Source: Candidatus Woesearchaeota archaeon (GTDB lineage: Archaea; Nanobdellota; Nanobdellia; Woesearchaeales; J110). Taken from it: a DNA stretch of 64,000 bases. Location of the stretch: NCBI GenBank assembly GCA_003694805.1, contig RFJU01000131.1:7976-71975 (forward strand). Direction: 5' to 3'. A program made the position numbers and the translations under genes. The first letter of the stretch is position 1; every line of letters begins with the position of its first letter. Of this stretch, positions 18,222-27,964 are shown piece after piece. The notes under the pieces are model-generated. The model did no database searches and was not told the origin of the DNA. It saw only the letters and a program-made list of their open reading frames with translations.

Positions 18222-20741
18222 TTACTTGTCGGTTGTCGGTAGCTCGCCGTTGTCTTCTTTGACGATTTTTGCTGCGGTGATGAGTTTGTCTCCTTCCCGA
18301 AGGTTCATGACTCGTACGCCTTGTGTGTTTCTGCCTATCCTTGAGATGTCCTTGGCCCGTGTTCTGATGATCGTTCCTTGCCGGGAGATGAGCATGACTT
18401 CATCTTCAGCAGTGACGCTGAGGATTGCTGTTGCTTTGCCGTTGCGATTGTTGCAGATGATGTTTCGAACGCCTTTGCCGCCTCGGTTGGTGAGTCGGTA
18501 TGCTGAGATGGGCGTACGCTTGCCGTAGCCGTTTTCCGTGACGGTGAGTATATCATTGTGGTCATAGGCAATGATCATTCCGATTATACTTTCGCCTTTT
18601 GCAAGGGTTGCTCCTCGAACGCCCATGCTTGATCTGCCTGCCGGCCTGACGTCTTTTTCGTGGAACTTGACCGCTCTCCCGTTGGCTGTGGCGAGGATGA
18701 CTTGCTTGGTGCCGTCGGTGAGGAGGACGTTGACGAGTTCATCTCCCGGCTTGAGTGTTATTGCAACGATGCCTCCCGAGCGGGGTCTGGAGTATGCTTC
18801 GAGCTTTGTTTTTTTGACCGTCCCCTTCTTGGTTGCCATGAGGAGGTAGTGTCCTTGCTTGAATTCCTTGATAGGTATAACTGAGGTGACACGCTCGCCG
18901 GGGGAAAGCTTTACGAGGTTGATAAGTGCTCTTCCTTTGGAATAGCGGGAACCTTCAGGGAGGTTGTAGACTTTGAGCCAGTGAACGCGTCCTTTGTCAG
19001 TGAAGATGAGGAGGTGCGCGTGGGTGTTGGCTACGAAGAGGTGTTCGACAAAGTCTTCTTCTTTCGTGTTAGTGGCGCGGATGCCAACGCCTCCTCTTCG
19101 TTGTATTTTGTATATGTCGATGGGTGTGCGCTTGGCATAGCCTGCGTGGGTGATGGTGACAACCACGTCTTCTTCTGCGACGAGGTCTTCGATGTCAAGA
19201 TCTCCTTCTTCCTCTGTTATGGTTGTTCGGCGGTCATCTCCGTATTTTTCTGCTATGGTGGTGAGTTCTTTTTTGATGACGTCTTTGATTTTTTCTTCAG
19301 ATGACAGGAGGTCTTTGAGTTTGGCAATGAGTTCTTTGAGTTGTTTGAGTTCTTCCCGTACTTTTTGTTGTTCCAGGTTTGTGAGCCGCTGGAGGCGCAT
19401 TTCGAGTATTGCGTTTGCTTGTTCTTTGGTGAGGCGGTACGTGCTGATGAGGTCGGCGCTTGCTTTGGTTGCGTCTTTTGCTGCTTTGATGATTTTTATG
19501 ACGTTGTCGATGTGTTGGAGTGCGATGACGAGACCTTCGAGGAGGTGGGCTCGTTGTTCTGCTTTGTTGAGGTCGTAGCGGGTGCGTCGTTTGACAACGA
19601 GGATGCGGTGGTCTATGAATTTTTCAAGGATTTCCTTTATTGTGCACACTCGTGGTTGTCCTTTGTCGATGACGAGGAGGTTGATGCCGAAGGTTGTTTG
19701 GAGACGGGTATTTTTGAAGAGCTTGTTTTTGATAACGTCTGCGTTAGCGCCTTTCTTGAGTTCTATGACGACGCGCATTCCTGTTCGGTCGCTCTCGTCT
19801 CGCAGGTCGCTGATGCCGTCGACGATTTTGTCGTTGACGAGGCGTGCTATTTGTTCGATGAGCTCTGCCTTGTTGACTTGGTAGGGGATTTCTTTGATGA
19901 TGATGTTTTCCTTTTCTCCGCGGGTTTCTGTTGTGAGGACTGCTTTAACCCTGATTTTTCCTCTTCCTGTTGCGTAGGCGTGGGCGATACCTGCTCTTCC
20001 GGCTATAACGCCGCCGGTGGGGAAGTCCGGGCCGGGCAGGATTTCCATGATTGCTTTGGGGTCAAGGTCTGGGTTGTCGATGAGTTTGCAGGTTGCATGG
20101 CAGACTTCTTTGAGGTTGTGCGGGGGTATGTTGGTTGCCATTCCGACGGCGATGCCGCTTGAGCCATTGACGAGGAGGTTGGGGAATGCTGCGGGGAGGA
20201 TGACGGGTTCTTTGAGGGAGCCGTCAAAGTTGTCGGTCATGTCGACTGTGTCTTTTTCTATGTCGCGGAGGAGTTCTTCAGCAATTTTTGCAAGGCGCGC
20301 TTCGGTGTAGCGCATTGCAGCAGGGTTGTCACCGTCGATGCTGCCGAAGTTTCCTTGGCCGTCGATGAGGGGGTGGCGCATGCTGAAGTCTTGGGCCATG
20401 CGAACGAGGGCTTCGTAGACGGCGCTGTCGCCGTGGGGGTGGTATTTGCCGAGGACTTCTCCAACGATGCGTGCGCATTTTTTGTAGGAAGAAGTGGGTT
20501 TGATGCCCATGTCATGCATGGCGTAGAGAATTCTTCGATGAACGGGTTTCAGCCCGTCGCGCACATCAGGGAGGGCTCTGCCGACAATGACGGACATGGC
20601 GTATCCGAGGTAGGAGGTTTTCATTTCCTCCTCGATGACGCGAGGCACGATGCGTTCGGAAGAAGCTTGTGACGTGGTCGCGGTGTTTTGTGGCTCAGGT
20701 TCTGCTTCTTTTTTTGTCATGGAAGGTCTCCGCTTCGTCAC
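18222..20741 (-). CDS. gyrA: DNA gyrase subunit A
   Basis: Active-site region [28 protein letters not shown], a full 839-aa GyrA and a C-terminal beta-pinwheel. Confidence 0.95.
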   Translation of the reverse strand: MTKRRPSMTKKEAEPEPQNTATTSQASSERIVPRVIEEEMKTSYLGYAMSVIVGRALPDVRDGLKPVHRRILYAMHDMGIKPTSSYKKCARIVGEVLGKYHPHGDSAVYEALVRMAQDFSMRHPLIDGQGNFGSIDGDNPAAMRYTEARLAKIAEELLRDIEKDTVDMTDNFDGSLKEPVILPAAFPNLLVNGSSGIAVGMATNIPPHNLKEVCHATCKLIDNPDLDPKAIMEILPGPDFPTGGVIAGRAGIAHAYATGRGKIRVKAVLTTETRGEKENIIIKEIPYQVNKAELIEQIARLVNDKIVDGISDLRDESDRTGMRVVIELKKGANADVIKNKLFKNTRLQTTFGINLLVIDKGQPRVCTIKEILEKFIDHRILVVKRRTRYDLNKAEQRAHLLEGLVIALQHIDNVIKIIKAAKDATKASADLISTYRLTKEQANAILEMRLQRLTNLEQQKVREELKQLKELIAKLKDLLSSEEKIKDVIKKELTTIAEKYGDDRRTTITEEEGDLDIEDLVAEEDVVVTITHAGYAKRTPIDIYKIQRRGGVGIRATNTKEEDFVEHLFVANTHAHLLIFTDKGRVHWLKVYNLPEGSRYSKGRALINLVKLSPGERVTSVIPIKEFKQGHYLLMATKKGTVKKTKLEAYSRPRSGGIVAITLKPGDELVNVLLTDGTKQVILATANGRAVKFHEKDVRPAGRSSMGVRGATLAKGESIIGMIIAYDHNDILTVTENGYGKRTPISAYRLTNRGGKGVRNIICNNRNGKATAILSVTAEDEVMLISRQGTIIRTRAKDISRIGRNTQGVRVMNLREGDKLITAAKIVKEDNGELPTTDK

Positions 20742-20783
20742 GTGCGTATTTTTGGTTGCGTGCGTGATTGAAACAGCGTTTTA

Positions 20784-20800
20784 TTTAAATAGGTTGTGTT
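20784..20800 (-). promoter_or_regulatory. Promoter element AACACAACCTATTTAAA upstream of gyrA
   Basis: The same 17-mer as at 17044 lies ~45 nt upstream of the gyrA ATG, within an AT-rich intergenic region. Confidence 0.5.
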
Positions 20801-20945
20801 TTTGAATTTGCTAAAATTTATTGGTTTTAGACCCTTAAACACTCAAAACTAAGAATAAATTACTTGATAGTGGTTAAAAAGGAAAAATTTATAAAAAGGG
20901 GAGGGTTGCAAAGTTACGATGCAGCTATAAAAAAAATAAAAAAAC

Positions 20946-21449
20946 ATGGTTGCAGAGGGGAAGAAGACAACGTTATTGAAGCACAAACACACGATGAACA
21001 CAGAAGTGAAGAAAGAAAAAAAAAGCGTGTGGAAGCGAGCGTTGTATGCTGCAACAACAATCGCCCTTGCCAGTTCGCTCTACGCTTGTAGCACGGTTGG
21101 CGCGTTCTACGTTGGAAGAGTTTCTGGGGCGCTGCGCGCAAAGGAACGTGTTGTTTCGGTGCTCAGCGAGGAAGAGCAAAAAATAAGAAGTAATCGTGTC
21201 TTGCGTGAAGACGCGCGTGATCTGTTGGCAGATGGCATCGAAATGAGCGGAGAAGTCGTTAAGAAGTTAAGTCTTGGTGATTTACTATCCGAAAATCGAG
21301 AGGTTGAAAAGCGCTCGATTCGCAAACAAGAAAGGGAACGCAAGCCAGGCGTATGGAGGGACGGCGAGGAACAAGACGCGTATTTAGGCACCCGTCCTGG
21401 CCTTGAAGAGGATGTTCAAGCTGAGACAGCGTATTGGCAGAGGCAGTAG
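20946..21449 (+). CDS. Hypothetical small protein with N-terminal hydrophobic segment and lipobox-like LYAC
   Basis: TATA-like 'gctataaaaaaaat' ~25 nt upstream, with a charged C-terminal half. Confidence 0.35.
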   Translation: MVAEGKKTTLLKHKHTMNTEVKKEKKSVWKRALYAATTIALASSLYACSTVGAFYVGRVSGALRAKERVVSVLSEEEQKIRSNRVLREDARDLLADGIEMSGEVVKKLSLGDLLSENREVEKRSIRKQERERKPGVWRDGEEQDAYLGTRPGLEEDVQAETAYWQRQ

Positions 21450-21467
21450 AGGAGGAGTTTTGCAACA

Positions 21468-21851
21468 ATGAAGTACGAACTCTTGTCAAACCAAGGATCT
21501 GGTAAAGACGACAGCGCTGACGAGTATGTTCCTTTTGAGAAGGAGTCTGCGCACGCCTTTTGGAGAGGAATGGTAGTTGCGGCTGCGCTCTACACCGTCG
21601 CCACGGGGTTTTATGCGTGCAAGGAGTTCTCGTCGGGAAAGATGCACTGGGGAAGCAGGAATAGTGCAAGCCAAAATAGTGCAAGTCCTGTAGGGCAAAC
21701 AAGAGGAGGGGATGCTTGCTCGACAACACGGCATTTTCAAGGCAGAATTTCCTTGGAATCTCTCACGAATGAAAAGTGTGAAAGCCCGCGCGACGATTTG
21801 GCAAAGGAGATGGTGGTGCTCGACCCCGCTCACGCTTCAAGAGATCAGTGA
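21468..21851 (+). CDS. Hypothetical small membrane protein
   Basis: A TM segment MVVAAALYTVATGFYAC resembles the previous ORF, suggesting possible paralogy. Confidence 0.3.
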   Translation: MKYELLSNQGSGKDDSADEYVPFEKESAHAFWRGMVVAAALYTVATGFYACKEFSSGKMHWGSRNSASQNSASPVGQTRGGDACSTTRHFQGRISLESLTNEKCESPRDDLAKEMVVLDPAHASRDQ

Positions 21852-21955
21852 TTTTTTTAAGAGCGAGTCAAGGATAACCGCAGTCAAGGCCGGCTCTGTG
21901 CCCGCTATGCGCCGTGCTCGTGTCTGCCTGCCAGTTGCCAAGACTTTTGCACAGT

Positions 21956-22171
21956 TCACTTGACGGCACGAATGCGTGAGGCGTCGGGCGAGGGGCGGAT
22001 GTTAAAGGTTCTGCCGCAGTAAACACAGCGTTTGCGCTTCTTCGTAATGTCCCCCTTTCTTGGCTGACAGCGTTGGCTTTTTCCGCAGCGAGGGCAGATA
22101 ACAACGAGCATGGTGCAGGGAACGAGCCATAATGCTTTTAAATCTTCCTTCTTCCCGTCCAGTGTTCCCAT
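21956..22171 (-). CDS. Small C4 zinc-ribbon protein
   Basis: CPRCG-x17-CVYCG with a basic linker. The longer track ORF overlaps tRNA-Pro and was trimmed to the internal ATG. Confidence 0.4.
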   Translation of the reverse strand: MGTLDGKKEDLKALWLVPCTMLVVICPRCGKSQRCQPRKGDITKKRKRCVYCGRTFNIRPSPDASRIRAVK

Positions 22172-22211
22172 CCGGTGCATGTGCTGGTCGCGGAAGAGGC
22201 GTTTGTTCGTT

Positions 22212-22284
22212 GGGGCTGTAGTGTAGCTTGGTATCACTGGCGGTTCGGGGCCGCCCAACCGGGGTTCGAATCCTCGCAGCCCCA
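22212..22284 (+). tRNA. tRNA-Pro(CGG), 73 nt, no encoded CCA
   Basis: GGGGCUG acceptor stem pairs with CAGCCCC. The anticodon stem is GGCGG/CCGCC with loop UUCGGGG. The T-arm is CGGGG-UUCGAAU-CCUCG, and the discriminator is A. Confidence 0.85.
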
Positions 22285-22384
22285 TGTGTTTTTTTCGCTA
22301 GCGTATGATGCTGAACGGGTGCGAGAGGGATCGCGTGTTGGATGTTTGGATGTTGTTTGATGGATGGCGCGTGGGGAGGTAGTA

Positions 22385-22807
22385 ATGCGAAAGGAGCGTA
22401 TTGTTTCGTGGTCGTTGCGGGTGTTGTGTGCAGTCATTTTGCTGCAAACGCTATTTTTTAAATTCGGCGGTGCAGAAGAGTCGCGAAGGATTTTTTCTGC
22501 GCTGGGAGTTGAACCGTGGGGGAGGATTGTAGTGGGGTTGTTCGAATTGGTTGCTGCCGTGCTTCTTTTCTTGCCTTCGATGACTTGGCTCGGTGCGCTG
22601 TTTTCAGCGGTTCTTATGGCCGGTGCAATCTTCGCGCACGTGACGGTACTGGGTGTAGCGTTGCAAAACGTTGTGAAGGGAGGGGACGGCGGCCTTCTCT
22701 TCTCGCTCGCGGTGGTTGTTTTTTTCGCCAGCCTCGCCTTATTTGTTCTTGAGTGGAAGGAGGGGAGGCCGAAGGTTTTCGTCGAAGAACACTTGCTAAA
22801 AAGATAA
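22385..22807 (+). CDS. DoxX-family membrane protein
   Basis: Four TM helices with a DoxX-like FGGAEESRRIFSALGVEPWG loop. GGAGGT SD lies before ATG 22385. Confidence 0.6.
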   Translation: MRKERIVSWSLRVLCAVILLQTLFFKFGGAEESRRIFSALGVEPWGRIVVGLFELVAAVLLFLPSMTWLGALFSAVLMAGAIFAHVTVLGVALQNVVKGGDGGLLFSLAVVVFFASLALFVLEWKEGRPKVFVEEHLLKR

Positions 22808-22844
22808 TTTTTTATTGGGACCTGGCCTTCGGTGGTTGCCGGTG

Positions 22845-23276
22845 ATGTCTCTCTATTGCAAGCGGATCGTCAACATTAACGTGAACATTGTTCTTGCTAG
22901 CGCGCTCGCGGCTGTTTTGACTGCGCCGATCATTGAGGTGCTCGAGGAGCACTTGAGAAGCATTGCGCTGGTTGTGCTCTCCTCTTTGGTCATTGATGCG
23001 ATTTTTGATTTCAGCATTTTTTCGCTGTTGCATTGGTTCGCAAACAAATCCTTGCAGGGAACACGATTTTTGAGGGACGTGCTTACGCTGCAAAAACAAA
23101 GGGTGTTTTTGACTCCGCTTTTCTATGGCGTGGCCACGGGAACTCAGACAGCGTTGTTGGTATTGGGCAGGGGTGCTGGATTTTCAGTGGTTGTCGCGTA
23201 TTTTCTTGCCATTCTCGTTACAAGGTGCGTTCACACGCTCTACGGCTTGAAATGCGGCCTTTTTGTAGGAGAATAG
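22845..23276 (+). CDS. Small polytopic membrane protein (GtrA-like?)
   Basis: Four TM helices. VIDAIFDFSIFSLLH resembles the GtrA-family signature. Assignment is weak. Confidence 0.4.
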   Translation: MSLYCKRIVNINVNIVLASALAAVLTAPIIEVLEEHLRSIALVVLSSLVIDAIFDFSIFSLLHWFANKSLQGTRFLRDVLTLQKQRVFLTPLFYGVATGTQTALLVLGRGAGFSVVVAYFLAILVTRCVHTLYGLKCGLFVGE

Positions 23277-23406
23277 AGAAATTGTAAGGCGAATAAAGGC
23301 GAATAGGTGGGAGAATAGGCGAAAATACTGCTGGGTGCCGCCCAGCCGGCTGTATTTCGACGAGAAAAGAGCAAGGTTTATAAAGGTGGAATGCTTTAAC
23401 TCCCCG

Positions 23407-24552
23407 ATGCGCAACCAGTCTGCATCACGCGAAGAGGAAGCTATGTTTTCTTACTCGCTTTCCTTGAGCGACTTAGAAGAGGAAAATAAGATTCTAAAAG
23501 AGACAGTAAACCAGCTCCGATCAGAGCTTAACCGCCTTAAGTCTCCGGCGCTTTTGATTGCAGAGTTCGTCAAGTATGTGAACGAGCACGCCATCATCAA
23601 AGTTTCCAACGGCAATCAGTTCTATGTTGAAATTGCTTCCAATGTGAAAAACCTCTCGCCTGGAGATTCTGTGCTTGTTGAACAGAAGAACTTGACCATT
23701 GTTGACAAGATTCGTTCTCCTAAGAAGTTTAATGTTGAGAGCTTCGTCATTGTTGAAAAGCCAAAACTGAGTTGGAAGGATATTGGCGGGCTTGCTGCGC
23801 AAAGCGAAGAGCTCAAAGAAGTTATTGAGCTTCCCTTGCTCAAGCCAGAATTGTTTCGCAAGGTAGGCATTGTCCCGCCAAAAGGCGTGCTCCTGCACGG
23901 CCCGCCCGGGACGGGGAAGACGTTGCTTGCTAAAGCTGTTGCTGCTTCTACGAAGTCTACGTTTATTGAAGTGGTTGGTTCGGAGCTGGTGCAGAAGTTC
24001 ATTGGTGAAGGCGCGAAGCTGGTGAAGGAGATTTTTCAGCTGGCGCGTGAGAAGGCGCCGAGCATCGTATTCATTGATGAGATTGACGCGTTGGCTGCGA
24101 AGCGCGTTGATGTGGGTACGTCAGGGGAGCGCGAGGTGCAACGGACGTTCATGCAACTCTTGGCAGAGATTGATGGCTTCAAGAACTTGGGGAATGTGAA
24201 GGTCATTGGGTGTACAAACCGGCTTGACATCCTCGACCCTGCTATCACCCGTCCTGGAAGGCTTGATCGGCTCATCGAGGTTGGCACGCCGGACTTGGAG
24301 GGTGTGAAAGAGATTTTCAAGATTCACGCTAAAAACATGCGTTTCAAGAAAAACATTGATTTCAAGAAGGTGTTTTCTAGGTTGAAAGGGCATTCGGGCG
24401 CCGAAATTAAAGCAGTGGTGACAGAAGCTGGTTACTTCGCAATCAGGAACAGGCGCACGGTTATTGCTGAAAGTGACTTGCTGAAAGCCATCCAAAAAGT
24501 GAAGCGAGAAGAGAGTGCTGAAAGCAGCGATTATCGACGCATGTTTGGATGA
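23407..24552 (+). CDS. pan: Proteasome-activating nucleotidase PAN (AAA+ ATPase)
   Basis: N-terminal coiled coil, an OB domain, then Walker A GPPGTGKT and the AAA second region of homology. TATA 'ggtttataaagg' (23368-23378) precedes a near-leaderless ATG; the alternative start is 23443. Confidence 0.9.
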   Translation: MRNQSASREEEAMFSYSLSLSDLEEENKILKETVNQLRSELNRLKSPALLIAEFVKYVNEHAIIKVSNGNQFYVEIASNVKNLSPGDSVLVEQKNLTIVDKIRSPKKFNVESFVIVEKPKLSWKDIGGLAAQSEELKEVIELPLLKPELFRKVGIVPPKGVLLHGPPGTGKTLLAKAVAASTKSTFIEVVGSELVQKFIGEGAKLVKEIFQLAREKAPSIVFIDEIDALAAKRVDVGTSGEREVQRTFMQLLAEIDGFKNLGNVKVIGCTNRLDILDPAITRPGRLDRLIEVGTPDLEGVKEIFKIHAKNMRFKKNIDFKKVFSRLKGHSGAEIKAVVTEAGYFAIRNRRTVIAESDLLKAIQKVKREESAESSDYRRMFG

Positions 24553-24649
24553 GGACAAAAAAATTGTTCAGGGCAGGTTCTGTGCGTTGTTGCTGCACGA
24601 TCTTAATGCAAGCTCGGTGTTCTAGCTGCGTGCGTGGAATGCTTAGCGC

Positions 24650-25663
24650 TTAGACTATTTGTATGTCGTAGCAGACGCGAAAGGTTCCTGGTGCGTGTTG
24701 GCCGCAGAGTTCGGCAGAAAGAAGGCTTGCATCAAATCCTTCTTTTTTGATTGCTTGTTTGAGCTCTTCACCTCGAGAGTGAAGCATTTCTTCTTTGACG
24801 AATTGGTAGAGGTGAATGATGCCTCCTTGAACGATTTTGGGAAGTGCGACGTCGAGGTACGTTTCTGCCGCTTTAGGCAGGGGCATGACTATTCTGTCAA
24901 AGCACCCTTCAAGAAGGGGGGCTTTGTCTCTGACATCGCCTTGGATGAGGTGGACGTGTTGGAGTTTGTTGAGCGAGACGTTTTCGAGTCCGAATTGGTG
25001 GCCTTGGGGGTTGAGTTCGATGCCGATGACTTCGCTAGGTTTTGCGAGCTTGGCTATGACGCAAGGATAAGGAGCGCATCCGGAAAACATGACAAGAACT
25101 CGTTCGCCGGGCTCTACTTGTTCTGCGATGCGTTTGCGTTCAGTCGCGAGGCGGGGTGAGAAGTAGACGGTTTCGACGTTGAGTTTGAGGAGGACGCCGT
25201 TTTCCTTGTGGATTGTTTCTTTTCGTTTTTCTCCTGCGAGGTGTTTGAGGGTTTGCGTTCGGTATGGGCCTTCGTGTTTTCCTTTTTGATAGACTGCTTT
25301 GATGTTGGGAAAGAGTGTTAACAGTGTTTGCGCGATGAGGGTTGCTTTTTTTTGGAGCTTGGCATCAACTTCAATGATCGCGATGTCGCCGATGAGGTCA
25401 TAGGCGGTTTTGAGGCTTGCTTGTTCCTCCGGTGATAGTTTTTTGGCTAGTGCTTCTTTGAGGTTGGTTTGTGGTTGTTTTTTCAGCCCGTCGCGCTCGA
25501 TAAGCGGGTAGTCGAGGTCATCCACTGCTGCGCCTTCTTTGATGGGGAAGTAGACGTAGGATTCGTCGCTCTGTGCCTTCGTCGCGTAGTCTAAAGCGCC
25601 GTGGCTGACGAGCATGCTCTTCGTCACTTCAGCATCTGTTTTGGGGACGCGTAAAAATTTCAT
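24650..25663 (-). CDS. tRNA methyltransferase of the Trm5/Taw2 (Tyw2) class
   Basis: Met-10+-like MTase with VLVMFSGCAPY, an ELNP motif and HLIQGDVRD. Confidence 0.7.
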   Translation of the reverse strand: MKFLRVPKTDAEVTKSMLVSHGALDYATKAQSDESYVYFPIKEGAAVDDLDYPLIERDGLKKQPQTNLKEALAKKLSPEEQASLKTAYDLIGDIAIIEVDAKLQKKATLIAQTLLTLFPNIKAVYQKGKHEGPYRTQTLKHLAGEKRKETIHKENGVLLKLNVETVYFSPRLATERKRIAEQVEPGERVLVMFSGCAPYPCVIAKLAKPSEVIGIELNPQGHQFGLENVSLNKLQHVHLIQGDVRDKAPLLEGCFDRIVMPLPKAAETYLDVALPKIVQGGIIHLYQFVKEEMLHSRGEELKQAIKKEGFDASLLSAELCGQHAPGTFRVCYDIQIV

Positions 25664-25815
25664 GGTTTGTTTGTTAGTACTTTTTGATTGACGGAAGCGG
25701 TCTTGATTAAAAAAGGTTGGTGTGAATGGCGCTCTTGAATAAGTGGTTGTTTGTTTTTCAGTTGTTGATTTCTGTTGTCGATACTGTTTTGTTGCTTGTC
25801 ACAAGGGCGTGCTTG

Positions 25816-26733
25816 CTAGAGTATGATGAGGACGCTTCCCAAAATCATTAGCGTTGATGCGAGGAGTTTTCTTGGGATGTTGTCTTCTTTGAAGAGTTTT
25901 CCTCCGATGAGAACGACAAAGAACGCGCTGGTCCTCCGAACGGGTATGAACAGGCTTATTTTCGTTGACGGCTGGCTTATCGCGGCCAGGGAGATGGTGA
26001 CACTGACGATGTTGATGGCCGCGATGGTGAGGAACCACTTCCAATCTTTTTCAATGTCGGGGAGGATGTCTTTGATGCCGAAGCGGAAGTATTCCAGTAT
26101 GAGAAAGTTGATGGTGATGAAGAGCCAGAGGAGGAAGAGGTAGAGGAGAATGGATGTTCCTACAAACGTGTTGAAGAAGAATTTTTCGACTGCTTGGGCT
26201 AGGCTGAGGACGATCATGGCGAAGACGATGTAGTGGACGTGTTTGCTGGTGAGGAAGAGTTGAATCGGTTTGAGTGGTGATTGGTGGGGGGTGGTTTGGA
26301 GGAGGTATGCGCCGGCGAGCATGGTGAAGACGCCAATGAGTTGAAGGGGGGTTGTTGTTTCGTGCAAGAAGAAAAAGCTGATGACGAGAAGGAAGAGGGG
26401 GCTGAAGTTTTGGAGTGGAGTGGTGAAGCTGACTTGTAGGTGCCGTTGGGCTTTCGTGCGGTAGAGGATGCCTGCGGCAGTCATTACTGCGATGAAGTAG
26501 AGAAGAAGGACTGATTGCCACGTGAGGGTTTGCCAAGGGAGGAAGGGGACGAGGGGAAGGAGAAGGGCTGTATTGAAGAGTGCTCTGACGGAGCTGAACT
26601 CGAGGGCGTGCTCGTGGCCGAGGACGTGCTTGGTGAGGATGGTTGCTGCTGCGATGAGCACTGCCGAGGTAAGCGCGAGAAGATACCAAGGAAGGCTCGC
26701 GATTGTTGTTAGGAGATTGGCGAGTACTGTCAT
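25816..26733 (-). CDS. EamA/DMT-family transporter
   Basis: Ten predicted TM segments with duplicated EamA-like halves. Confidence 0.6.
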   Translation of the reverse strand: MTVLANLLTTIASLPWYLLALTSAVLIAAATILTKHVLGHEHALEFSSVRALFNTALLLPLVPFLPWQTLTWQSVLLLYFIAVMTAAGILYRTKAQRHLQVSFTTPLQNFSPLFLLVISFFFLHETTTPLQLIGVFTMLAGAYLLQTTPHQSPLKPIQLFLTSKHVHYIVFAMIVLSLAQAVEKFFFNTFVGTSILLYLFLLWLFITINFLILEYFRFGIKDILPDIEKDWKWFLTIAAINIVSVTISLAAISQPSTKISLFIPVRRTSAFFVVLIGGKLFKEDNIPRKLLASTLMILGSVLIIL

Positions 26734-26842
26734 GGTGTCGTCGTCCTTTCAATACTGGTTCATTATAAATGCTTTGGTTGCGTGCAGGGTTTGGCGGAGG
26801 GGCTGCGGGGGTGTGGCGGGCGAGGCGCGGTGGTGGTTGGCG

Positions 26843-27874
26843 TTAAAAGTAGTCTGCGAGGCCTTTTTGGTTGAGAATGCGGGAGTTTTCTAGTTTTTTG
26901 ATCGTGTGTTCGACGCGTTCCGGTGAGAAGTCGTGTTCTTGCACGAGAAGATTTCGAATGCGGACCGGGTTCGGCTTTTCTCTCTTGATGGTGTACTGGG
27001 TTGTGATGGCGGGTTGTTTGAAGAGCTTGAATATTTCTTTCCAGGGGATGTTTGTTTGTTCTTCCCATTTGGCTTCTTTGAAGGCGGCTTCAAAGTTGGT
27101 GCCGTGTTTGCGGAGGAGGGCGAGTGCTTTTTTGGGGCCGATGCCTTTTGCGCCTCCCGGGCAGTAGTCTGTTCCGACGAGGATGCCAAGGGCGATGAGT
27201 TGATCTTGGGTGATTTGTAAGTGGTTCAGCGTCTGAGTTAATGTCACGAGTTCAGGGTGGGTGGTTTGATAGATGTGTTTGCCGACTTGTTTTCGTTTTC
27301 CTGCGATGTTAAGGTTTTTGATGAGGCGGGGCGCTCCAAAGAGGAGTGCGTCTGCATCTTGGGAAACGACTGCGTAGGCGTCTCCGTTCTTGACGAGGTA
27401 GGCCGCTTGAGCTTCTCCTTCGCTTGGTGCATCAATGGATGGAACGCCCATGCTTGAGAGGAGTTTTTTGGCTTCTGAGATAAGGTCTGGCGTGAGTTTC
27501 GTCGTTCTGCCTGCATACTTGGCCATGGCTTCAACGTCTTCGCTTGCTTTCGCTTCTTCAAAGGCGGCGGCGGCTGCTTCCTTGAGCGCTCTTCTTCTTC
27601 TGATTTCCTCTTGTTTGAGCTCTGGCGGTTTTCCGTCAAAAACGAAGACGGGGAGTATGTTTTTTTCGATGAGTGTCGCGGTGCGGTTGAAAAGGCCGAT
27701 GAGATGGCTGGTGATATTGCCCTTGCTGTCGCGCAGAGGTGTCCCGTCGCGCATGCGTATGGTCGTGAGGAATTGGTAGATGATGTTGTGGGCGTCGATA
27801 GCGAGTTGCTTGCCTGCTAGTTCTTCGAGGGTTATTGGTGTAGGGGTGAGGAGAGGTGTGATGTTTGTTCCCAT
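26843..27874 (-). CDS. fen: Flap endonuclease FEN-1
   Basis: MGTNITPLLTP...ELAGKQLAIDAHNIIYQFL, the acidic active-site blocks, and a C-terminal PIP-like motif. Confidence 0.9.
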   Translation of the reverse strand: MGTNITPLLTPTPITLEELAGKQLAIDAHNIIYQFLTTIRMRDGTPLRDSKGNITSHLIGLFNRTATLIEKNILPVFVFDGKPPELKQEEIRRRRALKEAAAAAFEEAKASEDVEAMAKYAGRTTKLTPDLISEAKKLLSSMGVPSIDAPSEGEAQAAYLVKNGDAYAVVSQDADALLFGAPRLIKNLNIAGKRKQVGKHIYQTTHPELVTLTQTLNHLQITQDQLIALGILVGTDYCPGGAKGIGPKKALALLRKHGTNFEAAFKEAKWEEQTNIPWKEIFKLFKQPAITTQYTIKREKPNPVRIRNLLVQEHDFSPERVEHTIKKLENSRILNQKGLADYF

Positions 27875-27964
27875 TGTGCGTTTGATTTGTTATTTTTCTC
27901 TTGTTTTTCCTGTGTTTATGTTTTGGTGCTTGATTGCGTGTTGGTGTTTCAGGGCGGGGTTGTT

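Noticed and set aside
22172-22285. Upstream part of ORF 21956..22285
   Set aside because: It overlaps tRNA-Pro on the opposite strand, so the gene was trimmed to the internal ATG preceding the zinc ribbon.
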